Origin: a candidate division WOR-3 bacterium
Lineage (GTDB): Bacteria > Hydrothermota > Tepidihabitantia > SM23-42 > JAOAFX01
NCBI GenBank assembly: GCA_039802265.1
Contig: JBDRWI010000004.1
Coordinates: 1-61,206, forward strand
Direction: 5' to 3'
Length of the DNA: 61,206 bases
The position numbers were made by a program, and so were the translations under genes. The notes beneath the pieces are model-generated. The model had not been told where the DNA came from. It searched no databases and saw only the letters and a list, made by a program, of their open reading frames with translations. Positions 57,412 through 61,206 of this stretch are shown here, piece by piece. Position 1 is the first letter of the stretch; each line of letters starts with the position of its first letter.

Positions 57412-60400
57412 AGAGAACTTTGATTTTGATATTTACAATATTATGTTCTTTCTCAAATGGTAAAGATTGGATCAAATTGGAGGGAACGGGTCAAGAATGT
57501 TTAATTAATGTAATACATTCGGATGACTTTCAAACATCATTGGAAATTGCGGTGCCTGGTTTCTACAAAATTGATACTGTGATTAATAATACTGAATACA
57601 ATATTGTCGACATTCCTAATACCGGCGTTTATCTCAGGGAAGGTCTACCGATGGTACCAGCGATTTACAAAATTATTGCAATCCCATCATCTAAAGATGT
57701 AAAAGTAACACTTGTAGTAATCAAAGATACTTTATTATCTGATTATTGCCTCATGCCAGCTCAAAGGCCTCTACCTGAATTTGTACCAGACAGCTTTATC
57801 ATAAATGATAGTCTCTACAATCGGGATATTTATTACCCAGAGACATTAGCATCATATTATGGTCCAGCACTGTGGCGTGATTATCGAGTTATCCAATTAC
57901 AGGTTTACCCAATACAATTTAACCCTCTAATAAGAAAGATACGTATTATCACAAAATTTAAAGTGATAATTGAATACGTTGGTTTAAATACCGGCAACAA
58001 CCCTATCTTACCTCCAAGGCCAACCAAAACATTCACAAAACTCTACAAGAAGTACATCCTAAACTATGATGAGTATATTGGTGAACGGACCGAATGGGAA
58101 GGAAGTTATCTGATAATTGTGCATGATATTTTTTATGAGGCATGTTTACCTTTATTTAGTTGGAAATCACGGCTCGGGCATAAGGTAGTTATTAAACCTC
58201 TCTCTGAAATTGGTTTTACCACACAAGCTATTTATAATTATATTAAGCATGCTTACGAGAACTGGAGTATTCCTTTGGAATATGTTCTTTTTATCGGTGA
58301 TGATAATTATCTGCCAGCCTACAGATACAATGATCCTAATTACCCCTATAATCCAATACCAACCGACCATAATTATTCCCTTATTGCTGGTGATGATTAT
58401 CTTTCTGACATTTTTATCGGTAGGTTACCCGCTGGCAGTAGTTCTGAAGCCACGAATATGAGAAGTAAAATTATGCTTTATGAGGGTGGGAATTTAACCG
58501 GGGATTGGTATAAGCGTGAGACAGGAATTTGTATCACGCAAAGTGGTAGAATTTTTGATTATACGATTGGTGTTGTTAGACAAATGTTATTAAGCCACGG
58601 TTTTTTACAGGCGGATAGTTTAAATCACCCATCACCCATTGCAATCGCCGATTCGATAAACCGGAATCGTAATTTTGTTGTTTATCGTGGCCATGGTGAT
58701 ACAACAGAATGGTCATCTGTGGAATTTACAACAGCTCATGTACTTAATAACTTAACAAATACTAATTCTTATCCTGTTGTAATTGCTCCCACTTGTCTTG
58801 CAAATAATTTTACCTACACCGGTCATTTTTGTATGGGTGAGGCATTTATGTGTCAACCAAAGGGTGGGGTTGGGTACTTTGGCGCTACAAATATTAGCTA
58901 CTCCTTTTACAACGATACCCTAACAATTGCAATTTTTCACGCAATGCTTGAGGATTGTATTACAAATTTGCAACCCGCTTGTAACGATGGGAAAATGCAT
59001 GTTATAAATTATTATGGTGCAAACGACCCCCAAGCAAGAGAAACCGCTTATCTAATGAATCTCTTAGGTGACCCTTCTTTAGAAATGTGGACTGATATTC
59101 CAAAGATATTATCCCTTGATTGGCCGGGAAATGCTGAATGGGGTGAAACCTATCGAGTTTATGTGCATGACCCACAATATAATCCAATAAAAGATGCACT
59201 TGTGTGTATTTGGAATAAACAAGGTTGGCCTAATGGTATTCATCTTACTGGGTATAGCGGAGCCGATGGATATGCATATTTAGGGCCGATTCCCAGCGGA
59301 TTCTATGAAGGACCGGCAAATTTAACTGCTTCTAAGCATAATTATCGTCCCAAATTACTGGATATAAACATTGTCGCACTAAAAGGACCTTATTATCTCG
59401 TTGCATCTTCGCCTGATATGATTTCGATTAAGTTAAACTGGCAGGATTTTTCTGGTAGAGAAGCAGGGTTTATTATTGCACGAAAAGTTGACGATGGTCA
59501 GTGGAATTATAATTGGAAAGATATCCCCCAGCCGAATTTAACGCAATACATTGATACCGATGTTCAATTTTGTCACAAATATACATATATGGTCCGTTGT
59601 TATGATGCAGGGTATCAGCATTTATCTCCTTGGTCTAATGAGACACACGCCGTCTGTGGTGCACTTGCCCAGTCAAATTATTCAAAAATGTCGGCGTATA
59701 ATAATGGGGCGAAGGTTGCGAAGTATGGGAATAATTTGTATGTGGCGTATACAGGGGGAGATTGGGGTTGCGGGACCAGGCATGTTTATTGTCTCCGCTC
59801 AACAGACGGTGGGAATAGTTTTGTGCGGAATGAATTGCATAAAATGTATGAGGAGGACCATAGAAAGAGCCAGCCTGCTATTGCAATAAGCAATAATGGT
59901 ATTCCCTATGTAGTTTGGGGCTCAGTATATTGGAGCAGTAGTGGGAAAGGAACTGCAGGATGGTTTCGCAGTTATTATTGCGCATATTACACGAACAACA
60001 ACTGGCAAATTGGAGAGATTTACAGTCAAAAATTCAGTGAAGATCCAAACTGGACACCGCCTGAAGATTACATTGGGCATCCATCACTATCTTTGACATC
60101 CGATAGTGGGTATGTAGCCTTTAAGTTTCCTATGGGCGGGAATTTACATATTGTGGGGTTCCTACTAAGCGATCCATATTCATCTGCAGATTCAACTGTG
60201 CCCAATACATCATCAATAAATCCTTTCCCTTCTATCGGTTATGATAAGGGTAATCCGAGTAATCCAGGGGATGATAGGATTGTGGTTTTAGTGCATGCAT
60301 CGGAGTGGGGTCCTTTGAAATTGTATTATCGAACAATCGGTTCTACTAACTGGCAGCCTGTTCCACTTCCCGATGTTTATGGTAGTTTCGGTTCACCTTC

Positions 60401-61206
60401 GCTCTGGGCAGGGCAGAATGAGCTGAGGATTACTTTTGAGGGTGGGAATTATAATACACAACAAGAAGGGCTTTTCTTTTTGTGGATTCCCTGGCAGAAT
60501 AATACCAATACCTATGATGTGAATCAGCCCATTGAATTGGTAAGTAGTAATTTTGATTATTACGATGGCATTGAGGGTTATAGTTATCTTGCAGGAAAGG
60601 ATGTGGTTTTGTGGAAGGCAGGGGATGATATACATTATGCGCGGAGGCTTGGAACTGGAGAATGGCAGGATTTAGGAAATCTTTCGCAATCCGCAGATGT
60701 ATCTTCTTATCCTCAAGGGGTCGTCTTTGGCAGTGCGATTAGACCGAAACTCTTTGCCTTATGGACGGAAAAGTCCGGGAATAATCATTATCTTGTGCGG
60801 AAGGTAGTTAATCTGCCACCGGCTTATCAGTATCCAGTGCTTGCTGTTGCCCAGTCTGATATCCCTGAGGCAACGGGATTTAACAATTCAAGGCGGTTGA
60901 TTCGGGATGCGAGTGGAGTTTTGCATCTGGCATTTACAAGCGGGAATAATATCTATCATACTTTCTTGCAGGATACATCATGGGCAGAGCCAGTTCCAAT
61001 CGGTGAAGGTAAATACCCTGCACTCGCAATGGATAACAACGGCAAAATCCATTGTGTCTGGTCTTACAATCAGGGGATGCCGTATTTTCTTGAGGAATTA
61101 AGATATAGTTGTTTTGATGGTTCTCAATGGTCTTCACCCATTCCTCTGATGCATACCTATAATTCGTTCTTCTGGGGTATTGGTGCACCATCATTAGCAA
61201 TAAAGG
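57408..61206 (+). CDS. Large secreted C25 (gingipain-like) peptidase with FN3 and BNR/beta-propeller modules; runs off the window end
   Basis: Not in the ORF track because there is no stop in the window. GGAGG RBS and ATGA overlap with the upstream gene. Manual translation: MKRTLILIF..GLPMVP..YPIQFNP..YLIIV..YVLFIGD..DIFIGRL..YRGHG..APTC..GEAF..NLLGDP..W.D.S..E.GF..RSTDGG; open to 61206. Confidence 0.9.
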   Translation, partial: MKRTLILIFTILCSFSNGKDWIKLEGTGQECLINVIHSDDFQTSLEIAVPGFYKIDTVINNTEYNIVDIPNTGVYLREGLPMVPAIYKIIAIPSSKDVKVTLVVIKDTLLSDYCLMPAQRPLPEFVPDSFIINDSLYNRDIYYPETLASYYGPALWRDYRVIQLQVYPIQFNPLIRKIRIITKFKVIIEYVGLNTGNNPILPPRPTKTFTKLYKKYILNYDEYIGERTEWEGSYLIIVHDIFYEACLPLFSWKSRLGHKVVIKPLSEIGFTTQAIYNYIKHAYENWSIPLEYVLFIGDDNYLPAYRYNDPNYPYNPIPTDHNYSLIAGDDYLSDIFIGRLPAGSSSEATNMRSKIMLYEGGNLTGDWYKRETGICITQSGRIFDYTIGVVRQMLLSHGFLQADSLNHPSPIAIADSINRNRNFVVYRGHGDTTEWSSVEFTTAHVLNNLTNTNSYPVVIAPTCLANNFTYTGHFCMGEAFMCQPKGGVGYFGATNISYSFYNDTLTIAIFHAMLEDCITNLQPACNDGKMHVINYYGANDPQARETAYLMNLLGDPSLEMWTDIPKILSLDWPGNAEWGETYRVYVHDPQYNPIKDALVCIWNKQGWPNGIHLTGYSGADGYAYLGPIPSGFYEGPANLTASKHNYRPKLLDINIVALKGPYYLVASSPDMISIKLNWQDFSGREAGFIIARKVDDGQWNYNWKDIPQPNLTQYIDTDVQFCHKYTYMVRCYDAGYQHLSPWSNETHAVCGALAQSNYSKMSAYNNGAKVAKYGNNLYVAYTGGDWGCGTRHVYCLRSTDGGNSFVRNELHKMYEEDHRKSQPAIAISNNGIPYVVWGSVYWSSSGKGTAGWFRSYYCAYYTNNNWQIGEIYSQKFSEDPNWTPPEDYIGHPSLSLTSDSGYVAFKFPMGGNLHIVGFLLSDPYSSADSTVPNTSSINPFPSIGYDKGNPSNPGDDRIVVLVHASEWGPLKLYYRTIGSTNWQPVPLPDVYGSFGSPSLWAGQNELRITFEGGNYNTQQEGLFFLWIPWQNNTNTYDVNQPIELVSSNFDYYDGIEGYSYLAGKDVVLWKAGDDIHYARRLGTGEWQDLGNLSQSADVSSYPQGVVFGSAIRPKLFALWTEKSGNNHYLVRKVVNLPPAYQYPVLAVAQSDIPEATGFNNSRRLIRDASGVLHLAFTSGNNIYHTFLQDTSWAEPVPIGEGKYPALAMDNNGKIHCVWSYNQGMPYFLEELRYSCFDGSQWSSPIPLMHTYNSFFWGIGAPSLAIK
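59655..59716 (+). repeat. 62-bp direct repeat, copy 2 (FN3/propeller junction)
   Basis: 61/62 identical to 52713-52774. Confidence 0.9.

Noticed and set aside
52713..59716. 62-bp repeat as a DGR template/variable repeat pair
   Set aside because: Only one mismatch, many unchanged adenines, mid-gene location and no reverse transcriptase in the window.
58167..61200. Small ORFs listed in 58-61 kb
   Set aside because: They are off-frame or antisense to the long C25 gene starting at 57408.

Overview
Bacterial chromosomal window. The many secreted proteins with a C-terminal T9SS/FlgD-Ig-type sorting domain, a PorV-like barrel and a bat operon suggest an FCB-related lineage such as candidate division WOR-3 (inference, not verified). 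Left part (1-14.1 kb): five secreted proteins with a CTD, including an S8 subtilase, a C25 gingipain-like protease and an FG-GAP protein. Middle part: housekeeping genes (coaD, rsmD, pilMNOPQ, tgt, EndoQ-like nuclease, guaB, fabH, plsX, rpmF, GlmL-like, gcvPB), tRNA-Met followed by an unusual MCP-like/peptide-binding-protein fusion operon, chrA, larE, DUF488/72/2007/763, a moxR-DUF58-batABCDE operon and an Lgt-like fusion. Right part (52.4 kb to the end) is the most unusual: a cassette-like island of secreted and outer-membrane genes. It is built from a ~390-bp direct repeat carrying a palindromic site and a promoter with a variable poly-T spacer, plus gene remnants, a 62-bp near-identical domain-junction box and a C25 protease gene of at least 1266 codons that the ORF track missed. 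Window-wide oddities: 7-nt-period repeats inserted in frame in equivalent loops of CTDs and at gene starts, a REP-like element inside a gene, ten near-consensus promoters that all have a 16-nt spacer, and probable leaderless mRNAs. No transposase, integrase, reverse transcriptase or CRISPR array was seen.
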